Positions 1-12,410 of a DNA stretch of 64,000 nt are shown here, piece by piece. Position 1 is the first letter of the stretch; every line of letters starts with the position of its first letter. The position numbers and the translations under genes were made by a program. The notes beneath the pieces are model-generated. The model did not search any database. It was given only the letters and a program-made list of their open reading frames with translations, and was not told the DNA's origin. Location of the stretch: the NCBI GenBank assembly GCA_964199315.1, contig OZ116707.1:8494001-8558000 (forward strand), read 5' to 3'. Source of the DNA: Orbicella franksi (taxonomy: Eukaryota).

Positions 1-25
1 TTCAAGTTCAGATGCCATTTGTAAA

Positions 26-3000
26 GTGAGAACTGGAAGAAAAGATGTGGTCATACCTAAGGATAGCACAGTTACTGTCAGTTGTTGTACAAATACAGGT
101 CCTGTGTACAGGCAAATGCCAATGTTGTTTGAGCCAGACAAACTAGTACAATTGTTGCCAGAGGGCTTGGAAGTTAATGAGACTTTGTTAAACATCAAGC
201 CAGGAAAATCATCCCGTGTACAAGTTGCTGTGTACAATGGTACAGATCATGACATCACAGTTAAGAGCTGCACCTCATTAGGAGTTCTTCAGGTAGTGAA
301 ATCAGTGACTGCGGCAGACGTGAGGCTGAGTGAATGCAGTATCCGGACCGACCAACAACATCTAAGGGAGCACGAGCCTCAAAGGCCAACAAGACCAACT
401 CCTTCTGGGCAACAAGATGGAGAAAGCAAAAACCATCTCCCAGCAGTTGACCTTAGAGGCTTAAACCAAGATCAGCAAATTGTAGCTGAGACAATGCTGA
501 GGGAAGAGTGTGAGTCATTCTCCTATAGTGAAGGGGATATTGGTTGCATCCCTGATCTGGAAATGGAGATTAACTTGAAGGATAGCCAGCCAGTGCAGAA
601 GAAGTACATGTCAATCCCTCGACCATTGTACCCAGAGGTGAAACAGTACATTGAAGACCTTCTGAACCAGAATTTCATCACTGAATCTAAGTCTCCATAT
701 TCCTCTTCAGTTGTCTGTGTCTGAAAGAAAGATGGGTCTCTGAGACTATGCATCGACTACCGAGAACTTAACCACAGGACTATTGCTGACAGACATCCTA
801 TCCCTAGAGTCCAAAAAACCCTGGATAGTCTTGGTGGAAATAGTTGGTTCAGTGTTCTCGATCAGGGCAAGGCATACCACCAGGGGTTTGCGAGCAAGGA
901 GAGCAGAGCAGCCACAGCATTCATTACACCATGGCGGCTGTATGAATGGATAAGGATCCCATTTGGATTGATGAATGCGCCTGCCAATTTCCAGCGGTGT
1001 ATGGAACGGTGCTTGGGTGAACTGAGGGACAAAGTGGCCATACCATACCTTGATGACATCATAGTATTTAGCAGGACATTTGAAGAACATGTTGAGCACC
1101 TGAGAACGGTGTTAAGAGAGTTGCATGAACATGGAGTGAAGCTGAAGCCGTGTAAATGTAGTTTGTTTAAACGTGAGGTTCAGTTTCAAGGAAGAGTTGT
1201 GTCAGGTGATGGTTACCGGATGGACCCAGGGTGTGTTAAGGCTATCGCGAAGTTAAAGGAAGTGTCACCTAGAACTGTTGGTGAAGTCAGACAGCTTGCT
1301 GGAATATTAAGTTACTACCAAAGGTACATTAAGAACTTTGCCAGAATTGCAAAACCAATTTATGATCTCCTAACTAGCACTGGAATGGATGGTCAACCAC
1401 CCTCAAAGACACCAACCTGTTGGGGTAGGGAACAGCAACTTGCCCTTCAAGAGTTAGTGAGGCAGCTTAGTCATCCACCTGTTATGGCTTACCCAGATTT
1501 CTCAAAACCATTCACTCTACACACTGATGCAATTAAAGACGGTCTTGGGGCAGTGTTGTACCAAAACCAGGATGGGGTCATGAGAGTAATTGCTTATGCT
1601 TCATGAACACTGTCACCAGCTGAAAAGAAGTACCACCTTCATGCAGGCAAGCTTGAGTTTCTGGCTCTAAAATGGGCAGTAACTGACCATTTTCATGATT
1701 ACCTTTATTACTCTCCAAAGTTTACTGTTTTCACGGATAACAACCCCTTGACATACATTCCTGGTCATTCTTTGTGGTGGGTTAAAGAATTGGCCGATTT
1801 CTACTTTGAAATCAAGTATCGACCAGGAAAAGTCAATGCGGATGCTGACACCCTGTCCCGAATGCCAATCAGCTTTGAGAACTATATGGAAAGTTGTTCA
1901 GAAGTAGCTAGTCAAGATGTTCTGGATGCTGTCACTTCCTCAATCCATGAAACTAACACTGTTCAGACCACTTGGTTGTCATCACTTACAGCAGTGCCTG
2001 ATATCTTAATGGAACTATGCCACATAGTGAGCTTATCACAGCTCAACAAGAAGATCCCACAATCGGTCGTGTTTTGCACTTTATGCAAGTTGGAAGCCAT
2101 CTGACCTATCAGGAGAGACAGAAAGAGTCAGCTATTGTATGACAGCTCTTACATGAATGGAACAAACTGTTCATTGCTGAAGATGGAATTCTTTGCCACA
2201 ATTCTGGATCTAGAGACTGAATGGTCTTACCCAAGAAATACCACAAAAGGGTGTATGAAGAACTACACAAAAACATGGGGCACCTGGGTGCAGACAGAGT
2301 AGTGGAACTAGCTACAGAATGTTTCTATTGGCCGTTTATGAGGGCAGACATTACCCATTATGTCATGAAAGTGTGCCATTGCCTAAAGCAACGAAAACCT
2401 GCGACTCACGTTAATGCACCACTTCAACCTATTGTTTCTACAGCACCTTTCCAACTTGTTTCCACGATTTTGTTCATCTCGAACCAAGCTCGGGCGGATA
2501 CCAGTATATATTGGTGATCATGGATCACTACACCAGATTTGCTCAAGCGTATGCTACCCGTGATAAGTCTGTGAAGACTGCTGCTGATAAATTATATAAT
2601 GACTTTATCATGAGATTTGGATTCCCAGAAACCATCCATCATGACCAGGGTGGAGAATTTGAAAACAAGCTCTTCTACAACCTTGAGAAACTGAGTAGGA
2701 TTAAACATTAACGGACAACACCCTATCACCCGCAGGGTAATGGGCAGGTCGAAAGGTTCAACCGGACGCTTTTATCCATGCTGAGAGCCTTACCGGAGAA
2801 ACAAATCCCACTGGTGTGACCATCTCAATAAGGTAGTTCATGCATACAACTGTACCTGTCATGACTCTACTGGATTTTCACCTTTCTATCTACTGTTTGG
2901 TAGAAACCCGAGACTACCTATTGACTTAATGTTTGGCTTGAAACCTCCAGAGGGATTTTCTACATATCCTGAATATGTCAGAAATTGGCAACGAGTAATG

Positions 3001-3562
3001 CAAGAAGCTTGATTTGGCTTCTGCCCATGCAAAGAAAAGTGCAGACGTGGGGAAACAACAGTATGACAAGAAAGTCAGACACACTGCGCTGTGTGAAGGA
3101 GATCATGTTCTTGTACCAAACATGACTGAGCGTGGTGGCCCGGGAAAGCTACAACCTTACTGGGAGCAAGAAATCTATCTTGTAACTCAGAAGAGGAAGG
3201 ATATGCCAGTTTATGAAGTAAAGCCAGAGAGTGGAAATGGAAGGTCGAAAGTTCTCCATCGCAACATGTTTTTACCATGTTCTTACTTGCCAGTTGAGAC
3301 CCCACTAAAGTCATCAAAGAGTTGCCGTACAGTATCTAGGAGGGCCAAGAGACAGCAGGCTTCACAAGAAGAGACAACCGGAACTACTGATGAGGACATT
3401 CTTAGCCTCACACCTGATAAGCTCCAAGAACTTTATGAGTCTACAAGAAATCAGTGTGAGGATCATTGTGGCATTGTTCCAGAGTTACATGTAGTTGAAG
3501 AGGACATTGCCCCTTGTCGAGTTGATAGCCCAGACTCAGAGGGAGAAGAAGACCCAGAGTAA
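26..3562 (+). pseudogene. pol: Gypsy pol (RT-RNase H-integrase) with stops and frameshifts
   Basis: RT: [43 protein letters not shown]. RNase H: LHTDA..GLGAVL. Integrase zinc finger: HKNMGH...CHC. Core: DHYTRF and [13 protein letters not shown]-like motif: GPGKLQPYW. Confidence 0.93.
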
Positions 3563-4267
3563 CCAGTTGGTACAATAGATCATGAGGCTGCAGATAGCTT
3601 ACCCCTTAGACAGTCACAACGTATGAGCAGACCACCTCTTAGGATGACCTATGATGTAATGGGACAACCCTCCTTTCAAACCAGTTCTACAGCAGGAGCT
3701 CAAGGTGTCACAGTATCATACCCACAGCAGTTGTGGCTACCTGTCACAGTATCATGGATGCTACAACCTGTTCTGCAGCCCTATAGCTATTTTGCACCTT
3801 TTCCAGTATCATCACAGCCGATGTACCCTGTGCCTATGTGGTGTTACTAGCAGGCCCTTAGAAATTAACGTGAGAAGAAAGAAGCTGATTTGCACCTATT
3901 GAAGCTACGTTCATCCTAGATAAGACTGTTAAATGTTTCCTTTTGGTGTTGTATAATGTCGTACAATGTTTTGTGTGTAGAGGTTCAATCTCCTTTCATT
4001 AAGACAATTTTTTTTCTCTATTTCTGAATATTCTTTGTACAAGGAAGTCAAATTGTGTTATAGATAAAGGCATTAGGTATTGGAAAGTAATACTGCCGCA
4101 AAGACAGAACAGTGACATCTGAGTGCAACATACGCTGTTTTTCTGGCCTGATCAACCAGAATACTTTCACCCCAGGATGAGATACCAGTGTACAAAGAAC
4201 TGTTATATGAGATAACCTAGAAGAGACTATTGTCTATTCGTTCATGTTGAGGACAACATCTTTTTTC

Positions 4268-4280
4268 AGAAAGGGAGAAA
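4268..4280 (+). promoter_or_regulatory. Polypurine tract (PPT) of the Gypsy element
   Basis: AGAAAGGGAGAAA lies immediately before TGTT at 4281, downstream of the integrase. Confidence 0.7.
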
Positions 4281-4414
4281 TGTTGAGAACTGGAAGTAGT
4301 TATTATAGAACGATAGGGGCCTGGCACTAGAAAAAGAAGAATGTAATCCAAGATAGTGTTAAAAAGTTAGATGCTCTGTTGTAATTTGTGGTTTGTTGGG
4401 CGTGTGGACTAACA
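4281..4414 (+). repeat. Candidate 3' LTR (~134 bp)
   Basis: Begins TGTT directly after the PPT and ends AACA; unrelated coding sequence resumes at 4415. The 5' LTR is not in the window for confirmation. Confidence 0.55.
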
Positions 4415-4790
4415 TGTCCGCTCAAAAGAGGAAACTTGTCCAATCCGATGATCTACCTGACCCGTCTGGTGAAGTAGGCACTTCTGACTCAGAGGAAGAC
4501 GAGTCATTGGCCTTTGCAAAGTCCTTATTCTTCAAGAACAAAGGCAAACAGGGAAAGTGCATAAATACACCAAAGAGTGCTCCAAAGGATACACCAAAGA
4601 GTCGAAAAGATGGAAAGAAAGCAGCCAGAAAGAAGACCAAAGCAACAGCAATAGCAGATGAACTTACAGTGCTGTAGTTTATGGAAAGAGCGCGGAGAGA
4701 TGAGGCGTTTATGGAGCGAATGGCAGAAGTTGAGAGGGAAAGCAGAAGAGAACAACAAAAGTTTTCAATGGATGCGTTAAAGACCTTAAC
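4415..4790 (+). pseudogene. C-terminal part of a probable Harbinger accessory (Myb/SANT-type) protein
   Basis: Acidic/basic low-complexity stretch, then a coiled coil (*FMERARRDEAFMERMAEVERESRREQQKFSMDALK), convergent with the Harbinger transposase. The Myb domain itself is not seen. Confidence 0.5.
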
Positions 4791-5298
4791 TTGTTTTATA
4801 AGAACATTTTATTCGTTTCAGTTCATTGACCATGATTTCATGTGTTATGATTAATTTCAAGATCAAGATAACTATGTAGCAGGACAATGATTCCAGAAAT
4901 GAAGAATATAAAGAAGGTAAAATTACCGTTTATGCCAAAACATAATATATACCTGAGCAATTATTTAAAATTGATTTTGAAAAATACAATTGTTTGGTGA
5001 TTAATTTTTTGAAATGAAATTAATATACACATACCAGAGAAAAGCGTAAGGCAACTTATACGAGTTTTTAAATACAAGAATAATTTGTTTTCAATGATTG
5101 AAAAAAAAATCTTACTCTGAACATCGGAAAGCTTTTATAACATTTTTAATTGTACCTGTAACAAATGGAAAGGGACAAAATTTCAGTCTATTTACATTGA
5201 TCTCCAGTCAATCCACCTGTATGTTTTAAATTTAAACCAGAACATTCCAATAAAAATAATAAATTTGGTTCAATGTTTGTACTATGACAAATGGTCCG

Positions 5299-5985
5299 TT
5301 ATATCATCTCCAATGTTCCTTGCGCAAAGCTGCTCGTCTCCATTGAAAAACTTTGATCCATTTCATCATCATCCTCAACGGGGTCTATAGCGCTCGGATC
5401 TCCAACATCTATACAAATATTGTGAAGGACACAACAAGCCATGATAGTGGTGGGGACTCTGCTTGTTTTTTCCTCCAACAGTTTATAGAGACACCTCCAA
5501 CGACCTTTCAAAATTCCAAAGGCTTGTTCTATAACAACCCAGGCCTGACTGAGGGCACAATTGAAACGTAATTGGCTCTCAGTTAATGTTGGTGTTTGCT
5601 TAAACGGCTTCATCAGCTAGAGACAAAGGATACACTGAGTCCCCTACCAGAAGAGGTCCAACTTCAGAACCCCCAATTCTCTTTGAAGGTGCGTTTAGCC
5701 AGGTACCTTGATCAATTTCTCTCTGCAGTTTGCTGAAACGGAGAATACGGACGTTGTGAATGCTACTGGGGTAGCCCGTACTCACATCAAGAAATTTAAA
5801 AGATGCATCAGCAACACCTTGGATCACAATAGAATAATCTTGCTTTCGATTGAAGTATTCAATCCGTTTGTTGACAGGCACTGTTTTTAATGCAATATGA
5901 CTACCATCAATTGCTCCTACCACTTGCAGGAACAGGGACTTGTTTGTGAACAAGCGAGTGCTTTGCAGCACCTCTTGCTCACCGC
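5299..5985 (-). pseudogene. PIF/Harbinger DDE transposase (HARBI1-like), C-terminal two thirds, frameshifted
   Basis: Motifs VVGAIDGSHI, YFNRKQDYSIVIQGV, LLVGDSVYPL, FNCALSQAWVVIEQAFGILKGRWRCL and ACCVLHNIC. Confidence 0.92.
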
Positions 5986-6196
5986 TTGCCGCCTTGTTTT
6001 GCGACACCTGCAGGTTGTTCATTAAAACAGCGTTATCCTTATCGCCCCATACCAGATCAGCATAATCAAAGATTGGTAGAACAAGGCTATTGTAATAAAG
6101 AAGGCGTGCGTTATACGGCAGCAAGTGCTTAATCCTACGCAAAAGACCTAGTCTCTGGTTCACTTTAGATGTCACATGTTCCACATGTTTGGTCAA
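5986..6196 (-). mobile_element. Non-LTR retrotransposon fragment (post-RT region, L2/CR1-group-like)
   Basis: KHVEHVTSKVNQRLGLLRRIKHLLP..ARLLYYNSLVLPIFDYADLVWG..LQVSQNKAA is a typical LINE ORF2 C-terminal segment. Confidence 0.8.
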
Positions 6197-6510
6197 GGTA
6201 AAGTTAGATGGAATTCCTGGTCGAGGTCTACTTACTCGACTATGTTGATCATGAGAATAGCGGCTCCATTTTAGATTAAACGTTACTTTTAGACCTTATT
6301 TGAAATTATCACCAATACTTCTTTACCTTAGCTCTTTCATATCGTTACAGACAGCAACATCTCTAACGTTACCATGCACTCTTGACCAAAATAAAGCAAC
6401 TTGCCAATTTAATTACAAAGTGTCTTAATTGATCCATCTTAGTGTACCGGACTCTATCAAAGCCGCACAACTTTATTCTCCTCTTACTTTACTCAGCCAA
6501 CACATCTTAA
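6197..6510 (-). pseudogene. Possible degenerate Tc1-like transposase N-terminus
   Basis: Decayed reading ends RPRPGIPSNFT, resembling the Tc1 GRPRKLT motif. It lies downstream of a pentamer tract, as does the Tc1 at 27370. Many stops. Confidence 0.3.
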
Positions 6511-6554
6511 CATGACCAACGTGTATGTGATCCACTGGGAAATTTCTTTAAAAC

Positions 6555-7330
6555 CACACAACTCAACTCTACTCTGTTTACCAGATGAACAAACTCTAAA
6601 TCCACTCACCTTAAACCTTCCAAGCCAATCCTATCTTCTGACTCGACTCGACTCTCTACTCAAAATGGACTGTGCTCTTATGACTCGATTCTGCTCGACA
6701 GGACTCTCTAATCTACTGTACCCCAATGGACTTAAATGCACTCTTCTTGACTTGACTTGACTAGAGTCGTTTCTGCTCGACTGAACTTGACTCTACGCGA
6801 CTCTACTCTACTCTTCTCTACTCAACTGGACTCCACTCCACTCCACTCGACTCTACCTGACCCGACCCTTTCTGATCCAACTCAACTCTACTCTCTACTC
6901 AAAATGGACTTGAGTGTGCTCTTTTGACCCGATTCTACTCGACATGACTCTCTAATCTACTGTAGCCCAATGGACTTTAATGCACTCTTCTTGACTCAAC
7001 TCGACTAGAGTCGTCTCTACTTGACTCAACTCGACTCTACACGACTCTACTCTACTCTTCTCTACTCAACTGGACTCAACTGGACTCGACTCGACTCTAC
7101 CTGACCCGACCCTTTCTGATCCAATTCGACTCTACTCTCTACTCAAAATGGACTTTAGTGTGCTCTTTTGACCCGATTCTACTCCACGACTCTCTAATCT
7201 ACTGTAGCCCAATGGACTTTAATGCACTCTTCTCGACTCGACTCGACTAGAGTTGTCTCTACTCAACTTAACTCGACTCTACACGACTCTACTCTACTCT
7301 ACTCTTCTCTGCTCAACTCGACTCGACTCA
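6555..7330. repeat. (ACTCT/ACTCG)n pentamer microsatellite organised as a ~240-bp higher-order repeat (~3 copies)
   Basis: The anchor AAAATGGACT recurs at ~6662, ~6901 and ~7145; units share CTCTAATCTACTGTA.CCCAATGGACT and CCGACCCTTTCTGATCCAA. Confidence 0.9.
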
Positions 7331-7961
7331 ACTCGCACAAATCACAAAAATTACTTCTAAGTAAACAGATCTTAGTCTCCTAGGCTAAACTGTACGTAAC
7401 TCATGCGTCTGCGGTACGCTTCCTGTTTTTTACAAATTTCGTGAGGAGTAACCTTTCAAAGCTTTCCCAGATTCTTTTAATTTTGAGCATCGATTCTCTT
7501 AAGCGCGTCACGGATATCGTGGGATGATGGAATGGTATTAAGATCTACATTTCATGGGCACGGTTTCAGCACAGGGAGGCCATACAAGCAGCATGTCTGA
7601 TTGTATGTTCAAAATATAAAGAAATGTATGGAATATTGAAGAGTCTTAATATCGTAGACTTATATCAATTAATGTCTTTGTTAAAGCTCAAAATAAACGT
7701 AAATTTACCTCAGTTGTGTATTGTCGTTTCTGCGGCTCTAAATGACGAATTAATTTGAGCGATTTGGTGGGTTTTGCGTTGACTGTTACTACACGTAAAA
7801 AGAAGGAGACAAGCTTGTCTCCTTTTTGAGTGTCTAAGTTTTCAACTCTATGAGCACACTAGATTAATATCAATATAACGTAGTGGTAAAGCATAACCAT
7901 TTCTTTTCGTCACGTTAAAAAGAAATCAGTCTTTTATACAATAATTGTTAGAAGATTTTGG

Positions 7962-8075
7962 TCAGGTCATAAATAGGGTAGAGAAAATTGCAGATTTTGG
8001 TCTTAAATAGGGTAAGGGTTTTGGGAGGCAGGCCGCACACCCCCACCTAATTTTTCTGGGACTACCCCCTCCCCA
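7962..8075 (-). repeat. Fragment of a dispersed repeat, same family as 22050-22452
   Basis: The reverse complement matches CCGCTTCC.AAAACCCTTACCC.ATTTATGACCAAAATCTGC.ATTTTC..TACCCTATTTATGACCTGACCAAAA at ~22070-22145. Confidence 0.8.
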
Positions 8076-9387
8076 AGGGTAAACGTTCGCTCTTCCTTTT
8101 AAAAGCTTGTTTTGAAATTTCCTTCCAGTTGTACCAAAGCGCACTGTTCTCCCGCATAAACTCATTGAATTCTATATCAATGGAGAAAACTTGGACTCAA
8201 AATTGTAGGTTTTGTCGCTTCTGCAGACCTCGACATCCCAAGTCAATAATGTTTACGACAGGGTGCGCTTGACAAAGAACTTTTATTGAGAAATATATTC
8301 TCATTAAATTTCTTTTTTTTACGGTTTTTACGGTTTGGTTGTTACTGTTTGTGAATACATACATAACAAGACGCCTGTTGGGCGTACACTCCGGCCATTT
8401 TAGGGGTATGTAGGTTTCGCGTTTGAGATTGATGTTGGGGGGTTGATTTATGCCAAAATGATATGTATGTATGCTTTAGAATAAACAATGGGCTGTTGGG
8501 CATTCAGTTGGGCTATTTTAGGATTTGGGTTGGAATTGGAAGATAACTTTTTTTTTCTTGTTGGGCTCTTATATTTGGCTCTTCCTGTTCTGGATTATAA
8601 ATGGGTGGGTGGGGCGGGGGTTTACCTGTGATGAACTGGTGTGGTACAGATAGCTGAGCAAAGTGCTGGCTTTATGATACACGTATAATTGCATTTTGAG
8701 TTTTCAATATGGTAAAGGAAATGTTTGGTTTGGACTAATTATAATATGTGATTACTGAAGTACATCTGACTAGGGGTTTTTCAATCCATAAATCTAATGA
8801 GGGTGCACATGCCCCGAACCATGAACCACTCTGTTTTAGGTTTAGGTTGTGAAGGTAATTACAAAAGCTGCATAATTGTTAGTGTTTCTTTCCCTGCATT
8901 CCCCTAATAAAATACAAATGTTTTCTTATTATTAACTAACAGTTTTATTTTCCTTATAGAAAATAAGTTAACATGGTGATAAGTAGAAGGCAGGAAACTA
9001 CGTAAAATTGTCCGGGAACAACAACAAAACAGATTCTACGAAAACTAAGAACGGTATAATAAGAATAATATTAGGAAGGCTAATATTGTTCTTGTATGGT
9101 GGAAATAAAATGGGCTTATTTTCCACTTTAAATCTCTTGTACAACATTAACTAAAACATGATAAAACGTAGTCAAGCATTTACCAAAATATTAATATTAA
9201 AACACTAACTAGTACATGGTAGTACTGTGTTTTGGCAATGTTTGAAAATGATTTTGTGACTGTATTTGGAACAACAATTATTAAGACCAGTATTGTAAAT
9301 GTCATAATGTGTGGTCCAACATTATCTAAAGCATGCTAAACATTAACTACAACATGGTGGTACTTTTCAAAGTGATCTTGTGACTGT

Positions 9388-9563
9388 GTGAAGGTTCCAC
9401 CATCAGAGTTTTAAATTTCTGACACAGCAAGAACTAAAACATGGCAAAACATTAACTTGAACATGGTAGTGCTTTGGTGAAGGTTCCACCATCAGAGTTT
9501 TAAATTTCTGACACAGCAAGAACTAAAACATGGTAAAACATTAACTAGAACACGGTAGTACTT
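9388..9563. repeat. 89-bp tandem duplication (2 copies) within a region of AACATGGTAGTACT-like motifs
   Basis: GTGAAGGTTCCACCATCAGAGTTTTAAATTTCTGACACAGCAAGAACTAAAACATGG occurs at 9388 and 9477. Confidence 0.9.
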
Positions 9564-9676
9564 TGTCTTTGCAAAAATTTTTCAAAGTGATTTTGTCATT
9601 TTTGTGAAGGTTGTATCACTTAAGACAACAATAAAGAGTTTATGAGGCCACTAAGTGTCTTGTCACTCCAAGTCTT

Positions 9677-9874
9677 TTACTGTGTTTTTACTTTCTTTGA
9701 TGGTGACTCTTGTTCTTGGGAATCACCTTGTGTTTCTTTAGCTGGTGTAGCATGTTCAATTACTTTTCTGTCCAGATCCAGTCGTAAGATGTACTTTGTA
9801 TTGAGAAGGTTGATGACATCTTGCTCTGTGGGCTTTATTTTGGGAGTTTGCCAATTAAAGAGATGCTGAATGAC
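9677..9874 (-). other. Candidate orphan terminal coding exon (65 codons plus stop), product unknown
   Basis: Acceptor TTTTATTAATTTTCAG, then open frame VIQHLFNWQTPKIKPTEQDVINLLNTKYILRLDLDRKVIEH...KKVKTQ*. Confidence 0.35.
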
Positions 9875-11856
9875 CTGAAAATTAATAAAATGTTGGGATT
9901 GAGGAATGAACTGAAATGGTTCTTGTTATATATCATAATCTGGTGACTTACTGAAAGGTATTTCTAAAATGTTAGGTAGCATTTTTGTTGTTGTTGTTTT
10001 GATGTCTATGAAATCATTCACAGCTGATGAATGAGTGTCTGTAAACTAAATCTAAGTGGGTAGAGTAGAAACGAAACAAACTAAACAAAGGAAAACAATA
10101 GTGTAGCCATGGTACAGCTGATGTCTAAATTCAACAATTATGCAACGCGCCCGAGTTTTCCATGAACGCCAGAAAAAGTCAACGAGGTGCAGCCGAGCTG
10201 GTTACATATACACATAAAGCCTTTACTTATAAACTATTAAAAAATGTTAAAGCTAAAAGCTTGTGGGGTTGTGTACAGAATTAAAATGCAAGTTTAAACG
10301 ATAAATATGCTAAGAATAACCAAAAGCTACAAATAAAAGGAGAAAAATCATCCACATTAAAAAGATCACTGATAAATAGAGACAATAGTTAAGAATAGAT
10401 TAAATTCTCAGACCTTTGTTGATTATCTGCGTATCTTAGACGAAAGAATTAAGATCCTTAAAAGTGTAACAATTAAAGACATTTTTCAAACATGATTTCA
10501 TGTCTGTGCATTGTAGTATCGATCAACTCAATCGTCCTACCGCGTTCCAGAGGACAATGGAGTTTAAAACATATTTCACGACAAAACTTGTAGCTATCGG
10601 CCCATGCTTGAGTCTATCGGCCATAGAAAACGAAGTCGAGTAGTCTAATTGTTATGGTAGAGACTCTAAAGGATTACATTCCAAAAACTGCCGTTTCATG
10701 TGCTTCAATCTAAAAAAGAAAGGTCTTCTCTTCAAAAAGCAACCTGCGCATGATCGTTTTCTATATGGGCGATTATATTTCACCACATTTTCTTTGATTC
10801 TGATTGGTTTACTTTGATCACGCAACGTGGTAGTGTTCAGATGCGGAGGCACCACCAGCCCATAGTGCCCATCTGAGGAAAATGCCCATATGGCTAGTCC
10901 CCGTCCGTTTTTTTCAGTAAACTAGTGGGTACAACATAGTGGATTTTTGCATTTGGTTGGTTTATCCTGTTTTGTTACGAAAATATATCATATTTTGATT
11001 TTCATACCTTACATGTAGATTTCAGATTAGTGCTTAAGATCTTTACTTAATTGACAGCGGATTCCACCCCAGTTTCTGTGCATTTACATTGTTCATTTTC
11101 TTGGCGTTAGCCGAGAAATATCACCATTTGCCATAATTTATTGTTGTACTTGGTTATGGCACCAACATAACCTGGTTTAAAACCTGATGGTAAACAATTT
11201 TGCAAGGTCTGAAGAGATTAGTTCTGTACTTGTAGTCCTTTGCCCTCTATAGAGTATTATTCACTAAAATGTTCAAGGGCTCATTAGGGCGATACTTTTT
11301 CTGGTTTGAAGAAGGGCTACAGTCCCGAGAGAAATTGAGGTTAACTAGTTGAGTTGATAAGGTCACGTATAATTTGCTGAATTAGCACTACTTCATGATG
11401 TGTACGTTGGATATATATTTTGACAAAGATTTTCTGTGGAGTTGTTTCAATCTGAAAAAGAATATTTTTCCAAGCTCTCCGCTTTAGTTTGTTGGGGAAT
11501 TGCAGAGATTTCAATGTCTAAAAAACGAGAATTTAATTTCCGTGTTGTAGTTCTTTTTAATACTTTCTGAAAAGGCGTTCAATCTCAAATAAACACCCTA
11601 TCTAAGGTTAAATTTTCTATATATGTATTTCTATTCTTAATATAGAGCAGGAAGGGTTAAAATGTGGGATCAATATCAGCAGCTGGGCAAAGTCCCTTAC
11701 GTAAAAAACTTATTTAAATTACTTAAAAGTCCCCTATGTAACTACAACAATTTAAACTGTTACAATTACTGTCAGGACCCCCTATACAGTTCTGTTGTCC
11801 TAAAAGTTCCAACTTCCCTAATAATTCTTAAAATTTTTCAAGATTCTTAAATGTCT

Positions 11857-12410
11857 TAGAGGTTCGAACTTTAAGAGTCCTTAAAGTTCGAATTTTAACA
11901 GTCCTTAAAGTTCGAACTTTTAGAGTCCTTAAAGTTCGAACTTTAAGAGTCCTAAAAGTTCGAATTTTTAGAGTCCTAAAAGTTCGAACTTTAACAGTCC
12001 TTAAAGTTCGAACTTTTAGAGTCCTTAAAGTTCGAACTTTAACAGTCCTTAAAGTTCGAACTTTTAGAGTCCTTAAAGTTCGAACTTTAAGAGTGCTAAA
12101 AGTTCGAACTTTAAGAGGCCTTAAAGTTCGAACTTTAACAGTCCTAAAAGTTCGAACTTTAAGAGGCCTTCAAGTTCGAACTTTAACAGTCCTAAAAGTT
12201 TGAACTTTTAGAGTCCTTAAAGTTCGAACTTTAAGAGTGCTAAAAGTTCGAACTTTTAGAGGCCTTAAAGTTCGAACTTTAACAGTCCTAAAAGTTCGAA
12301 CTTTAACAGTCCTAAAAGTTCGAACTTTTAGAGGCCTTAAATTTCGAACTTTAAGAGTCCTTTAATTTCGAACTTTAAGAGTAATAAAAGTTTGCACTTT
12401 AAGAGGACTA
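11857..12410. repeat. 24-bp minisatellite (~23 copies), each an 18-bp palindrome TTAAAGTTCGAACTTTAA plus a 6-bp linker
   Basis: Units are in exact register from 11881 to ~12385. Linkers are GAGTCC, CAGTCC, GAGTGC or GAGGCC. Confidence 0.97.

Larger units (their letters stand above)
1..4414 (+). mobile_element. Ty3/Gypsy LTR retrotransposon, 3' part (5' end outside window), decayed
   Basis: RT, RNase H and integrase occur in Gypsy order, followed by a polypurine tract and a TGTT...AACA LTR. Confidence 0.93.

Noticed and set aside
10380-11600. Short protein-like stretches on both strands
   Set aside because: Too decayed to identify and no consistent exon chain.
11883-12203. Open frame encoding (KVRTLRVL)n within the 24-bp array
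   Set aside because: No ATG start, interrupted by TGA at 12201, and unit variants are largely non-synonymous. The openness is a by-product of the unit sequence.
11857-12410. CRISPR array interpretation of the palindromic repeats
   Set aside because: Linkers are only 6 bp and nearly identical rather than unique 25-45-bp spacers; there are no cas genes and the context is eukaryotic.
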